Shown: in pieces, positions 48,701 through 57,136 of the stretch
How the letters are laid out: every line of letters starts with the position of its first letter
Numbering within the stretch: the first letter of the stretch is position 1
Assembly (NCBI GenBank): GCA_963768655.1
Contig: CAVYIM010000007.1
Coordinates: 83,965 to 147,964, forward strand
DNA length: 64,000 bases
From: an uncultured Chloroflexia bacterium
Lineage (GTDB): Bacteria; Chloroflexota; Limnocylindria; Limnocylindrales; CSP1-4
Reading direction: 5' to 3'
Translations under genes and position numbers: made by a program
Notes under the pieces: model-generated
Told to the model about the DNA's origin: nothing
Seen by the model: the letters and a program-made list of their open reading frames with translations, nothing else
Databases searched by the model: none

Positions 48701-49572
48701 ATCTCGGCCTGCGCCTGCTCGCGATCGAGAGCGACACCGACGAGGACGTTGGCGGGGCGGCGCCGACCGCGGACCGGTTCGGTGCCGACGAAGACACCGA
48801 CAATTCGACCGCCGACTCTCTCGAGGGTGCCCTCGCCGCCGCGGCCGAGCGCTGGGTCGAAGGCCCGGCCGTCGAGCCGCCCGCCGCGGCCCGACTCGCC
48901 GCCCTGCGGCGTCGCTTCCACGAGCTCGGTGCGCCGAACCCGTTCGCGGCCGAGGAGTACCAGACCGTCAGGGCACGGCTCGACGGGCTCGAAACGCAGC
49001 GCGCCGATCTGACCGACGCGATCGCCAAGACCCGCGCCCTGATCGAGCAGCTGAACGTGATGATCTCCACGCAGTTCCGTACCACGTTCGAGGCCCTGGA
49101 AACCGCTTTCGACGGGCGATTCCGCCAGCTATTCGGGGGCGGCTTCGCGCGCCTCAGCCTGACCGATCCCGATGACCTCAGCGCGACCGGCATCGAAATC
49201 GTCGCCCGGCCGCCCGGTAAGAAGATGCAGCCGCTGAGCATGCTCTCCGGCGGCGAGCGAGCGTTGACGGCCGTGGCTCTGCTGTTCGCCATGCTCGAGG
49301 TCCACCCCGTCCCGTTCTGCGTTCTCGACGAGGTCGACGCGGCCCTGGACGAGGCCAACGTCGGGCGCTTCGCCGAGGCGCTTCGAGGCCTGGCCGACCA
49401 GACGCAGTTCATCGTGATCACGCACAATCGCGGCACGATCGAGAGCGCCGACGCCCTCTACGGCGTGACGGTCGGCGACGACGCGGTCAGTCGCGTCATC
49501 AGCCTTCGCCTGGAGGAGGCCCGCGAGCTGGCCGATCAGGTGGCGCGCAAGAACGCCGCGAACGCCGGCTGA
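45760..49572 (+). CDS. smc: chromosome segregation protein SMC
   Basis: Walker A is GPNGSGKSN. There are long Ala/Arg/Glu-rich coiled coils and a hinge. The signature motif is LSGGERAL and Walker B is FCVLDEVDAALD. Confidence 0.92.
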   Translation: MTAPARLLALRLQGFKSFGERTLVEFGPGISAVVGPNGSGKSNLADALRWALGEQGKALRLRKSEDVIFAGSERRSALGMADVTLVFGNGDRLLPIDYETVELGRRLFRSGENDYLLNKQRVRLTDLVDLLDAAHLADNAFLFIGQGMVDQALALRPEERRPLFEEVAGVRRHERRKTRAEDQLIEAEANLARVEDVLAELRPQARRLAAQAEQQASRQTAGREYGRAIIALARSRWVDAAGRLREAERQLGAGRSDADASLTALREAEARSATIARDLASRSETEAECRAAHEAARGLLTELQLRDARAASDAAGAQRDRARLDAELAEAEADLAVQRREMGAPVPTRDLALSGSVAEAERALGEALEELGAMRAARLAEGEALAALKRVEAARAVELETVRRRLGEASRAAADERAAADEAASRLSDAEAACAAPRAAAAAAADAEKVAVAARERARAELDALEGARQAAAERAGSTASKAASLRGRCEAVQTRLAEEEARGIAKAAKRLGGRPLAEGLEVEAGFRVAVEAALGEAMRGYVMGRAGVMGLDGQRGTLVLEGTEAGGAGGGAPTGAAAGAAAGAGRAAARAAERAAGRIAEAGEAAIAAAEGHGGGKLVDAVRVDPNGAATRLLAQAVWLPDLNAVLAVQPSLAAGWIAVTRDGAVATATGVVTLGRSESLLDRRAELERLGEEVARLEVDARTAAAEAATATLSAAAARSALDSAREAERGAGLARREAEDAERRATRVLENVAREAAWRAAQAAHAEAERDRLAAAVREAEAAATPGGAAGPTAVAAAGAATPPGAATKPGIPAESQQVGALREWEARAASLRARRDQLAAEEAMLEVVRREAEGRRARAAAAAEFDQTRIIALERQAAELAVRERAIATERAGLGEGLAAAGRREASLRAELDEIRSAEAAARARLAEAENAAAHARERLRACQERVRNAEVAELEARLGLDAIREQVCVELAGLGDLGLRLLAIESDTDEDVGGAAPTADRFGADEDTDNSTADSLEGALAAAAERWVEGPAVEPPAAARLAALRRRFHELGAPNPFAAEEYQTVRARLDGLETQRADLTDAIAKTRALIEQLNVMISTQFRTTFEALETAFDGRFRQLFGGGFARLSLTDPDDLSATGIEIVARPPGKKMQPLSMLSGGERALTAVALLFAMLEVHPVPFCVLDEVDAALDEANVGRFAEALRGLADQTQFIVITHNRGTIESADALYGVTVGDDAVSRVISLRLEEARELADQVARKNAANAG

Positions 49573-49583
49573 GGTATCGAGCC

Positions 49584-50675
49584 ATGTTCCATTTCCGTAA
49601 GCCGAAGGCGCCCGAGGTCGAGGCCGAACCGGTCGTCGAGCCGGCGGTCGAGCCTTCGGCCGAGTGGGAGGTCGAGCCGTCGACGTCCGAGCCTTCGGTC
49701 GAACCTGCCGTCGAGCCTTCGGTCGAACCTCCGGCTCCCGCTCCGGTCGAACCTCCGGCTTCCGCGCCGGCCGAAACCGACGAGACTCCCGGCGACCTGA
49801 CCGAAGGTCTACAGAAGACTCGCGGCGGCTTCATGTCGCGGCTGCGAGGGCTGCTCAAAGGTGGTCCCGCCGCGGCCGACTGGGATTCGGTCGAAGAGCT
49901 GCTGATCGGCGGCGACGTGGGCGGCGCGCTCGCGGCCGACGTCGTCGAGCGGGCCCGCGCCCGCAAGGACGCCCCCAGCGCCGAAGCCGCCGTTCGCGCG
50001 GAGCTCGCGGCGCTGCTGATCCCAGGCGACCCGAGCTGGCGTCCGGGACGCGCCGGGCCGGACCAGCCCGCCGTCCTGCTGATGGTCGGCGTCAACGGCA
50101 CGGGCAAGACCACGACCATCGGCAAGCTCGCCCACCGCTACCGCGCCGAGGGAAGCAGCGTCCTGCTGGCCGCCGCCGACACGTTCCGCGCCGCTGCGAT
50201 TGACCAGCTGCGCATCTGGTCGGATCGCTCGGGCTGCCAGTTCGTGGCCCACGCCCCCGGCGCCGACCCGGCGGCCGTCGTCTACGACGCCATCGATGCC
50301 GCCGTCGCCCGCCACGTGGACATCGTCATCGCCGACACCGCCGGCCGCCTCCACACCAAGTCGAACCTGATGGACGAGCTGGCCAAGATGCGCCGCGTCA
50401 TCGACCGCCGCCTGCCCGGCGCCGCGCCCGAGGTCCTGTTCGTCCTCGACGCCACGACCGGCCAGAACGGCCTGGCCCAGGCGAAGGTCTTCCACGAAAC
50501 CGTCGGCCTCACCGGCATCGTCCTGACCAAGCTCGACTCGACCGCCAAGGGCGGCATCGTCTTCGCCATCGAGGACACCCTTCATGTGCCCGTCCGCTTC
50601 GTCGGAGTGGGGGAGAAGCTCGGCGACCTGCTGCCGTTCGACCCCGCGGCTTTCGTCGGCGCGCTGTTCGCCTGA
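49584..50675 (+). CDS. ftsY: signal recognition particle receptor FtsY
   Basis: The acidic repetitive N-terminus reads VEPAVEPS.... The NG domain carries [21 protein letters not shown] and [10 protein letters not shown]. Confidence 0.9.
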   Translation: MFHFRKPKAPEVEAEPVVEPAVEPSAEWEVEPSTSEPSVEPAVEPSVEPPAPAPVEPPASAPAETDETPGDLTEGLQKTRGGFMSRLRGLLKGGPAAADWDSVEELLIGGDVGGALAADVVERARARKDAPSAEAAVRAELAALLIPGDPSWRPGRAGPDQPAVLLMVGVNGTGKTTTIGKLAHRYRAEGSSVLLAAADTFRAAAIDQLRIWSDRSGCQFVAHAPGADPAAVVYDAIDAAVARHVDIVIADTAGRLHTKSNLMDELAKMRRVIDRRLPGAAPEVLFVLDATTGQNGLAQAKVFHETVGLTGIVLTKLDSTAKGGIVFAIEDTLHVPVRFVGVGEKLGDLLPFDPAAFVGALFA

Positions 50676-50807
50676 GATCGAAGCAACTCTGGGCGACTCG
50701 TGAAGCGGGCGCGGCGTCCCAACAGCCCGCGTCGGCGATCGAGAGGCCAGCGCATGCTCCGGACCAGTGAGAGCCTGATTCTGCGCGGCAGGCGCCCGAG
50801 CAGCCCG

Positions 50808-50826
50808 GTGCTCACCAGGTGAGCAC
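50808..50826 (+). terminator. perfect 8-bp hairpin (GTGCTCAC-cag-GTGAGCAC) downstream of ftsY; possible terminator, no U-tract
   Basis: Seen directly in the sequence, ~130 nt after the ftsY stop, inside the 620-bp non-coding gap. Confidence 0.25.
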
Positions 50827-51295
50827 GTCCGACCGGGTGACGCCCAGAGGAGACCGGCGGGCGTCGAATGTGATGGCTGTGTGGACACTTCCGACGAGCG
50901 CCCGCTCCTATGGGCCCGATTCTCGAGTCGCCTGGTCAAGCCTGTATGTCTGGCCGCGCAAATCCGACGAGTGAGTTCAGCAGCGCGTCGCGCCTGGTCG
51001 CGCGTGCTCGGCGGGCGAGCATCAAGGGCGGGTACCCGGCCTCGTGGTCACGTTCCCATATCTATCCGGGCAGAATCCACGGATGGTGGGGACCTTCTCC
51101 GTGCGGCTCGCGCCCGCGGCTCGCGCGTGCGGCTCGCACCAGCGCCGCGCCAGACAGCCGCCGCCGCTCCGCCCCTGTCCACCTCACGTTTGATGCGGTA
51201 CACTCCGCGAGCTTTCGGTGCCGCCAGAATCCGCGGCCCAACGCCGGTCCAGATTGCCTCGGGCCGGCGGGACGGATCAGGAGTCCACGCCACCA

Positions 51296-52627
51296 ATGTT
51301 CGACGCGCTGAGCGAGCGGCTGCGCAAGACCCTCGGTGCCCTGACGGGTCGCGGGCGAGTCAGCGAAGCCGACGTCGACGCCGCCATGCGCGAGGTGCGG
51401 CTGGCGCTGCTCGAGGCGGACGTCAATTTCAAGGTCGTCAAGGATTTCGTAGCTCGGGTGCGCGAGCGCGCGACCGGCGCCGAGATTCTCGAGAGCCTGA
51501 CCGCCGGCCAGCAGGTCGTGAAGATCGTCGACGAGGAGCTCGTCGCGCTCCTGTCCGCGGGCGATCGAACCTTCCATCTCACCGGGAACCCCGCGGTGAT
51601 CGTCCTCGTCGGCCTGCAGGGCTCCGGCAAGACGACCAGCGCCGCCAAGCTGGCCCGCCTCATGGTCAAGCAGGGCCGCCGTCCGATCATGGTCGCGGCG
51701 GACCCCTACCGACCTGCCGCCGCCGACCAGCTGGCAACGCTCGGCAAGTCTCTGGACGTGCCCGTCTTCCGCGCCCAGGCCGGCACGACGGTCCTGGCCA
51801 TCGCCAGGGGCGGCATGGAGGCTGCCCGCAAGCAGGTCCGCGATACCGTCATCCTCGACACCGCCGGCCGGCTCACCGTCGACGAGGCTCTCATGAAGGA
51901 GATTGCCGACCTGACCGCTGCGCTCAAGCCCGCCGAGACGCTTCTCGTGGTCGACGCGATGACCGGCCAGGAAGCGGTTCACGTGGCCGAGGCGTTCGCG
52001 GCTGCGGTGCCGGTCACCGGGCTGGTCCTGACCAAGATCGACGGCGACGCCCGCGGCGGAGCCGCGCTGAGCATCAGCGCCGTTACCGGCCTGCCGGTCA
52101 AGTTCCTGGGCACCGGCGAGAAGACCGACGCGCTGGAGCCGTTCCATCCGGACCGGCTGGCCGGTCGAATTCTGGGCATGGGCGACGTTCTTACGCTCAT
52201 AGAGCGGGCCCAGGAGACCTACGACGAGAAGCAAACGGCCCGCATGACCGAGAAGCTGCGCAAGAACAGCTTCACCCTGGAGGACATGCTCGAGCAGATG
52301 GAGCAGGTCCAGAAGATGGGGCCGATGGGCCAGTTGATCGAAATGATCCCGGGCCTCGGTGGTGTCGCCAAGCAGGCCCAGGCCGCGGTAGACCGGGGCG
52401 ACCTGCGGCGCGTCCAGGCGATCATTCGGTCGATGACGCCGGAGGAACGGCGGGACCCGAACGTCCTCAACGGTTCGCGCAGGCGCCGGATTGCCAACGG
52501 CTCCGGGACCCGCCTGCAGGATGTGAACCAACTCGTCAAGCAATTTGGTGAGCTTCAGAAGATGATGAAACAGATGTCGAGCGGCCGGTTCGCCCGGCGC
52601 ATTCCCGGAATGCCCGGGAAGGCTTGA
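51296..52627 (+). CDS. ffh: signal recognition particle protein Ffh
   Basis: The conserved N-terminus is MFDALSERLRKTL. Other motifs are GLQGSGKTTSAAKLA, DTAGRL, TKIDGDARGGAALS and a Met-rich M domain. AGGAG lies 12 nt upstream. Confidence 0.9.
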   Translation: MFDALSERLRKTLGALTGRGRVSEADVDAAMREVRLALLEADVNFKVVKDFVARVRERATGAEILESLTAGQQVVKIVDEELVALLSAGDRTFHLTGNPAVIVLVGLQGSGKTTSAAKLARLMVKQGRRPIMVAADPYRPAAADQLATLGKSLDVPVFRAQAGTTVLAIARGGMEAARKQVRDTVILDTAGRLTVDEALMKEIADLTAALKPAETLLVVDAMTGQEAVHVAEAFAAAVPVTGLVLTKIDGDARGGAALSISAVTGLPVKFLGTGEKTDALEPFHPDRLAGRILGMGDVLTLIERAQETYDEKQTARMTEKLRKNSFTLEDMLEQMEQVQKMGPMGQLIEMIPGLGGVAKQAQAAVDRGDLRRVQAIIRSMTPEERRDPNVLNGSRRRRIANGSGTRLQDVNQLVKQFGELQKMMKQMSSGRFARRIPGMPGKA

Positions 52628-54498
52628 GAGGGAGGTTTGCCGTAAATCAACAGCAGTACCCCGCGGGCTCGCCGGAGCCCTTTGCCGGACCGGTGGCGCC
52701 GCAGGGCGCGCCGATGGCTCGCCTCGAGCCGATCGGCGAGACCTGGGCCAGCGGCGTCGGCCCGGTCAGGCTCGGATCGGGGACCAGCCGGTTCCGCTGG
52801 GCGATAGCCCTGGGCGTCGTTCTATGCGTTGCGCTCGTGACCGTGGGTGGGGCATTCGTCCTGTCCGGAGCCGGCGGTGCTGCCAAGTCGCTGACCGCCG
52901 GCAGCGCGCCCAAGGCGACGATCATGTTCGTGGACGTGCGTACTGACCTGCCGGGCGACCAGCATGAGAAGCTGGCCGATTTCATGAGCCACTTTCCTGG
53001 CTTTGCCGACCGGGCCCAGTTCGACAATGCCTACGATGAGATTCTCAACGAGATCACCAGCGCGATCTCGCCCGACCTGACTTACACGTCGGCATTCCAG
53101 AGCTGGACGACCGGCGAGCTCTCGGTGGCCGTGACGAGTCTGGGCAGCGCCGGCATGACCAGCTTGACTCAGGGCATCGGCTCCTTCCCAACGGATGCGT
53201 CGGGCAACATCACGAGCCCGTTGATGATCCCGGATGTCGCGTCCACGCCGCCCAGCGGAGCGCTCATCGTCGCGCTCAAGGATCGGGCCGCAGGCGAGAC
53301 GTGGGTCAGCTCGGAGATCGCCAGGACCGGAATCCCGTTCACATCGCAGAGCTATGACGGCACGACGCTGTACGTGGCCCAGAAGCCTGTCGAGGGTATG
53401 ACCGCGGCCTACGCCTTCACCGACAAGGTTCTGCTGGCGGGTGACGTGGCCGCCGTCAAGGCCGGGCTCGATGCCCCGACCAAGGGATCTCTCGCGGACA
53501 ACGCCAACTACCAGGCCGCCGTTCATTCGCTTTCGGGTGACTGCATCGCGACGTTTTACATGGACCCGCAGGCATTCCTGCAGTCGACGATGACCGACCT
53601 GTCGGCTCTGGGTGACCTGTCGGCCGGGGGGATGAACCTGACGGCGGCGGACATGCCGGCGTGGGTGGTGGGCTCGGTGCGAGCCGAGTCGGGCTACATG
53701 ACCGTCTCGACGACCATGCCCAAGGTGAAGGGGACGCCCAGCCCGGGCAACGATGTGTCGGCGGTGGCTTCCGATCTGCCCGGCTCTACAGTCGGCGTCA
53801 TCGAGGTTCATTCGCTCGGCCAGCTCGTTGACGATGAGTTGAAGACGCTCGAGAATTCGGCCCTCGCGTCTGCGGCGCCCGACTCAATCCAGCAGGTCCA
53901 GGACGCTCTGTCCCAGATCGGCGGCATCGACTGGATCGGCGACGCCGACGTAGTTGTGACCAAGAATGGCTCGTCGTACGGCGGCGGGCTGGTCGTCAGG
54001 ACTCCCGACAGCTCGACCGCGACCGCGAAGATGGCGATGATCACCAACCTGATCACGCTCGCCGGCCTCGGGAGCTCTGGCATCACCCAGTCCGACGAGA
54101 CGTACAAGGGCGCGACGATCACGACCGTACACATCGCCGGCAGTGAAGGCATCTCGCCGGAGGCAATGACTCTTGCCATCGCCACTAAGGGCGACCTGCT
54201 GGTGGCCGGTTACGGCGACGCGTTCGTCAAAGCGGTCCTCGACACCACGTCGGCGGACTCGCTGGCGGCTCAGTCGGACTACCAGACGGTGATGGCCGCG
54301 GCCGGTCAGTCCAACATGGAGTACGGGTACTTCGACATCTCCGCGGTCGCCAACCAGATCGGTCAGGCCCTCTTCCCCTCAGACCCCGGTTACTACAACC
54401 TCAACTACAAGCCCTACGTCGATCACGTCGGAGGCGCTGCCTTCGCCGACATCGACGGCAGCACGGTTACCCTGCGATTCGTTTTCACGGCCAAGTAG
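52624..54498 (+). CDS. hypothetical membrane-anchored extracytoplasmic protein (~600 aa)
   Basis: The listed TTG start overlaps the ffh stop. An alternative start is the ATG at 52714 (MARLEPIGETW). One TM helix is present (WAIALGVVLCVALVTVGGAFVL), followed by a large soluble domain. No family confidently recognised. Confidence 0.55.
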   Translation: MRGRFAVNQQQYPAGSPEPFAGPVAPQGAPMARLEPIGETWASGVGPVRLGSGTSRFRWAIALGVVLCVALVTVGGAFVLSGAGGAAKSLTAGSAPKATIMFVDVRTDLPGDQHEKLADFMSHFPGFADRAQFDNAYDEILNEITSAISPDLTYTSAFQSWTTGELSVAVTSLGSAGMTSLTQGIGSFPTDASGNITSPLMIPDVASTPPSGALIVALKDRAAGETWVSSEIARTGIPFTSQSYDGTTLYVAQKPVEGMTAAYAFTDKVLLAGDVAAVKAGLDAPTKGSLADNANYQAAVHSLSGDCIATFYMDPQAFLQSTMTDLSALGDLSAGGMNLTAADMPAWVVGSVRAESGYMTVSTTMPKVKGTPSPGNDVSAVASDLPGSTVGVIEVHSLGQLVDDELKTLENSALASAAPDSIQQVQDALSQIGGIDWIGDADVVVTKNGSSYGGGLVVRTPDSSTATAKMAMITNLITLAGLGSSGITQSDETYKGATITTVHIAGSEGISPEAMTLAIATKGDLLVAGYGDAFVKAVLDTTSADSLAAQSDYQTVMAAAGQSNMEYGYFDISAVANQIGQALFPSDPGYYNLNYKPYVDHVGGAAFADIDGSTVTLRFVFTAK

Positions 54499-54541
54499 GC
54501 CGGGCCCGAGTCGCCAGCACCCAGGAGGAGCACGCTCGCAC

Positions 54542-54820
54542 ATGGCAGTTCGAATCCGCCTCACCCGCGTCGGGGCCACCAAGCAGCCCGCCTACCGCAT
54601 CGTTGTCACCGACAGCCGGAACGCCCGGGACAGCCGCGCCATCGAGACGATCGGCCACTACAACCCCAGGGTCCACCCGGTCGAGTTCGTCGTCGACGTC
54701 GACAAGGTCAAGAGCTGGCTGGCCAAGGGCGCCCAGCCTTCTGACACGGTGGCCCGTCTGCTCGAGGGCGCCGGCGTCCTGCCAAAGACGGAGCGAAAGG
54801 CAGCCCCAGTCGCCAAGTAG
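54542..54820 (+). CDS. rpsP: 30S ribosomal protein S16
   Basis: The protein starts MAVRIRLTRVGATKQPAYRIVVTDSRNARDSRAIETIGHYNP. GGAGGAG lies upstream. Confidence 0.92.
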   Translation: MAVRIRLTRVGATKQPAYRIVVTDSRNARDSRAIETIGHYNPRVHPVEFVVDVDKVKSWLAKGAQPSDTVARLLEGAGVLPKTERKAAPVAK

Positions 54821-54895
54821 CCGGGTCCTGTGGCGGCTCGATGCCGCCCCGTCCCAGCTTGACGCGGAAAAGGGCACCACAAGAAGAGGTAGCCA

Positions 54896-55129
54896 ATGGC
54901 AGCCCAGGATCTCGTCGAATACGTCGCCCGCAACCTCGTGGACGACCCAGACTCCGTTCAGGTTGAAGTCCACACCGGCCCGGATGGGACGGTCATCGAG
55001 CTCCACGTCGCCGAAGAGGACATGGGCAAGGTGATCGGCCGAAACGGCAGCGTCGCCAAGGCGCTGCGGACTCTGCTCAAGGTCATGTCCGCGCGCGACG
55101 GTGAAATCGTGTCGCTGGAGATCAGCTGA
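54896..55129 (+). CDS. KH-domain RNA-binding protein (YlqC/UPF0109 family)
   Basis: Motifs are LVEYVARNLVDDPDSVQV and EDMGKVIGRNGSVAKALRTLL. Confidence 0.85.
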   Translation: MAAQDLVEYVARNLVDDPDSVQVEVHTGPDGTVIELHVAEEDMGKVIGRNGSVAKALRTLLKVMSARDGEIVSLEIS

Positions 55130-55139
55130 GCATCCGGCC

Positions 55140-55694
55140 GTGACTGCCGGAGAGAGGCTCGTGGTGGCCCGCGTCCGGGGCTTCCACGGGCTGCGCGGGA
55201 CGGTGCGGCTGGAGTCGCTCACCGACCGGGCAGAGATGCGATTCGCCGTGGGCAGGTCGCTCTTCGTCGAGGGCAGCGACACCCCGCTGACGGTGGTCGA
55301 GTCGGAGCCCGACTCGCTTGGCTGGCGCGTGCGCTTCGCCGGGGTGACGGACCGGACGGCCGCCGAGGGCCTCCGCGACGCGTACCTCGAAGCGGTAGTA
55401 GCCCCGGGCGAAGAGTTGCCGCGAGGCGAGTTCTACTGGCATCAGGTCATCGGCGCCGCGGTTGCGGACGTCGATGGCGGAGCACTCGGTGAGGTCGTCG
55501 ACATCTACCGCGCCGGCGGCGCCGAGGTCATCGTCGTGTCGGGGCCCGCCGGCGAGCTGGATGTGCCGCTCGTCCGATCGGTCGTCCGGGTATTCGCGCC
55601 GGCCCGTGGGGAGATAGTGATCGACGGGGAGGCGCTGGGCCTGCGCGGCGCGGAGCCAGACGAGGACACCGTCGAGCCGGAGCCCGAGGCGTGA
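55140..55694 (+). CDS. rimM: 16S rRNA processing protein RimM
   Basis: The GTG at 55140 is in frame with the listed 55101 start, which would overlap the KH gene. Motifs are [27 protein letters not shown] and GELDVPLV. Confidence 0.8.
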   Translation: MTAGERLVVARVRGFHGLRGTVRLESLTDRAEMRFAVGRSLFVEGSDTPLTVVESEPDSLGWRVRFAGVTDRTAAEGLRDAYLEAVVAPGEELPRGEFYWHQVIGAAVADVDGGALGEVVDIYRAGGAEVIVVSGPAGELDVPLVRSVVRVFAPARGEIVIDGEALGLRGAEPDEDTVEPEPEA

Positions 55695-56576
55695 CGACGG
55701 AGCCTTCGGCCACCGATGGCGACGTCGAACCCGCCGGCAAGCCGGTTCGGCCGCCGCTCGAGATCGAGCTGCTCACGCTCTTCCCGGCCATGCTCGAGGG
55801 ACCCCTTTCCGAGAGCATTCCGGGGCGCGTTCAGGCTCGCGGCCTGGCCCAGGTCCGCATCCACGACATGCGCCATTGGGGCCTTGGCCGCCACAAGTCC
55901 GTCGACGACTACACCTACGGCGGGGGAGCGGGCATGGTCCTGCGCCCGGAGCCGGTGGCAGCTGCCCTGGACGAGCTCCGCCGGCCCGACAGCACGGCTA
56001 TTCTGCTGGACCCGGGCGGCGAGGTCTTCGGGCAGGCGCGCGCCCACGACCTGGCGGAGCGCACGCACCTGGTCCTGCTCTGCCCCCGCTACGAGGGCGT
56101 CGACGAGCGAATCCGCTCCCTCGTGGACCTCGAGGTGTCGATCGGCGATTACGTGCTCTCGGGCGGCGAGATTCCCGCGCTGGTGGTCGTGGACACGATC
56201 CTGCGGCTGCTCCCAGGCGCCATCGACGCCGAAATCGACGGCCGAGGAGTCTTTCGCCGCCGGCCTGCTCGAGTACCCGCAGTACACCCGCCCGCCCGTG
56301 TTTCGCGATCTGGCCGTGCCGGCAGTCCTGACGAGCGGCCACCACGAAGCCGTCCGCAAGTGGCGCCTCAAGGAGTCGCTGCGCCGGACCTGGCGCCGCC
56401 GGCCGGATTTGCTCGAGGACAGGCCGATGACGCGCGAAGAGGCGAAGCTGCTGGCGGAGGTCAGCCACGAGGAGAGCGTCGCGGCGGCCGACGCGGCAGG
56501 AACGGCCGACGGCGCCGCGGCGCCGGGTCGCTCGGCGCCGTCTGCCCGCGAAACCGGAGAGTGGCCCGGAGAGTAG
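55691..56576 (+). pseudogene. trmD: tRNA (guanine37-N1)-methyltransferase TrmD, reading frame broken at ~56231-56237
   Basis: Frame A reads [15 protein letters not shown]...[17 protein letters not shown]...[13 protein letters not shown]...[31 protein letters not shown] and then junk. The next frame continues with [60 protein letters not shown] to the TAG at 56576. Deleting one A of gaaatcg (56231-56237) gives a colinear TrmD. Confidence 0.85.
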
Positions 56577-56653
56577 CTTCTCGCCTGCCCGGCGCAATCT
56601 GCCGCAACCCGAACCGAGCCGCGACGGCGTCGGGTTGTGGTATCCTTCGCCGT

Positions 56654-56671
56654 CGGCCGCTCTGGCGGCCG
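56654..56671 (+). terminator. 7-bp GC hairpin (CGGCCGC-tctg-GCGGCCG) followed by cATTTcatgtgtcTTc; possible trmD terminator or rplS leader element
   Basis: Seen directly in the sequence. A second 8-bp stem (CAACCCGA...TCGGGTTG) lies at 56605-56637. Confidence 0.3.
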
Positions 56672-56768
56672 CATTTCATGTGTCTTCATCGCAGCCGGGC
56701 TGCGGGCAACATCGGCTACTGAGCGCAGCCCCGCCGCTCGCGCAGCTTGACGAAGAGTAGGGAACGCC

Positions 56769-57119
56769 GTGAACGTGCTCGACGAGATCACCCAGGAACA
56801 GATCCGGACAGACACCCCGGAGCTCAGCCCGGGCGACACGGTGCGCGTCGCTGCGCGGGTCGTCGAGGGTAACCGCGAGCGCATCCAGGTCTTCGAAGGG
56901 ACGGTCATGCGCCTGCGCGGCGGCGGCATCCAGCGCTCGATCACCGTCCGCAGGATCGCCAGTGGTGTCGGCGTGGAGCGCACCTTCAAGGTGAACAGCC
57001 CCCGCATCGACAAGATCGAAGTCGTGCGCCACGGCCAGGCGCGCCGCGCTCAGCTGTACTTCCTGCGCAAGCGCGTGGGCAAGGCGGCTACCCTGCGCGA
57101 GCGCCGCGTCAGCAGCTAG
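56769..57119 (+). CDS. rplS: 50S ribosomal protein L19
   Basis: Motifs are [37 protein letters not shown] and RRAQLYFLR. Confidence 0.92.
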   Translation: MNVLDEITQEQIRTDTPELSPGDTVRVAARVVEGNRERIQVFEGTVMRLRGGGIQRSITVRRIASGVGVERTFKVNSPRIDKIEVVRHGQARRAQLYFLRKRVGKAATLRERRVSS

Positions 57120-57136
57120 ACCGGCTCGGGAGCCAC

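Noticed and set aside
50757-50765. Possible SRP RNA (ffs) or other known ncRNA in the ftsY-ffh gap
   Set aside because: Only a partial GGTCCGGAG (minus strand) resembles the SRP RNA domain IV core. The expected GGAAGGAAGCAGC-like continuation is absent. I also did not see an RNase P-like GAGGAAAGTCC motif. The gap is kept only as an unassigned non-coding region.
50881-52551. 556-aa + strand ORF and 493-aa minus-strand ORF (51062..52543) overlapping ffh, plus 50910..51311
   Set aside because: These are alternative frames of ffh or the upstream gap. Their translations are Arg/Pro/Gly-rich and not protein-like, while the ffh frame carries all SRP54 motifs.
54551-54563. GTTCGAATCCGCC string resembling a tRNA T-arm
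   Set aside because: It corresponds to codons 3-7 of rpsP (MAVRIRLTR). No acceptor stem, D-arm or anticodon arm can be built from the flanking sequence. No tRNA was found anywhere in the window.
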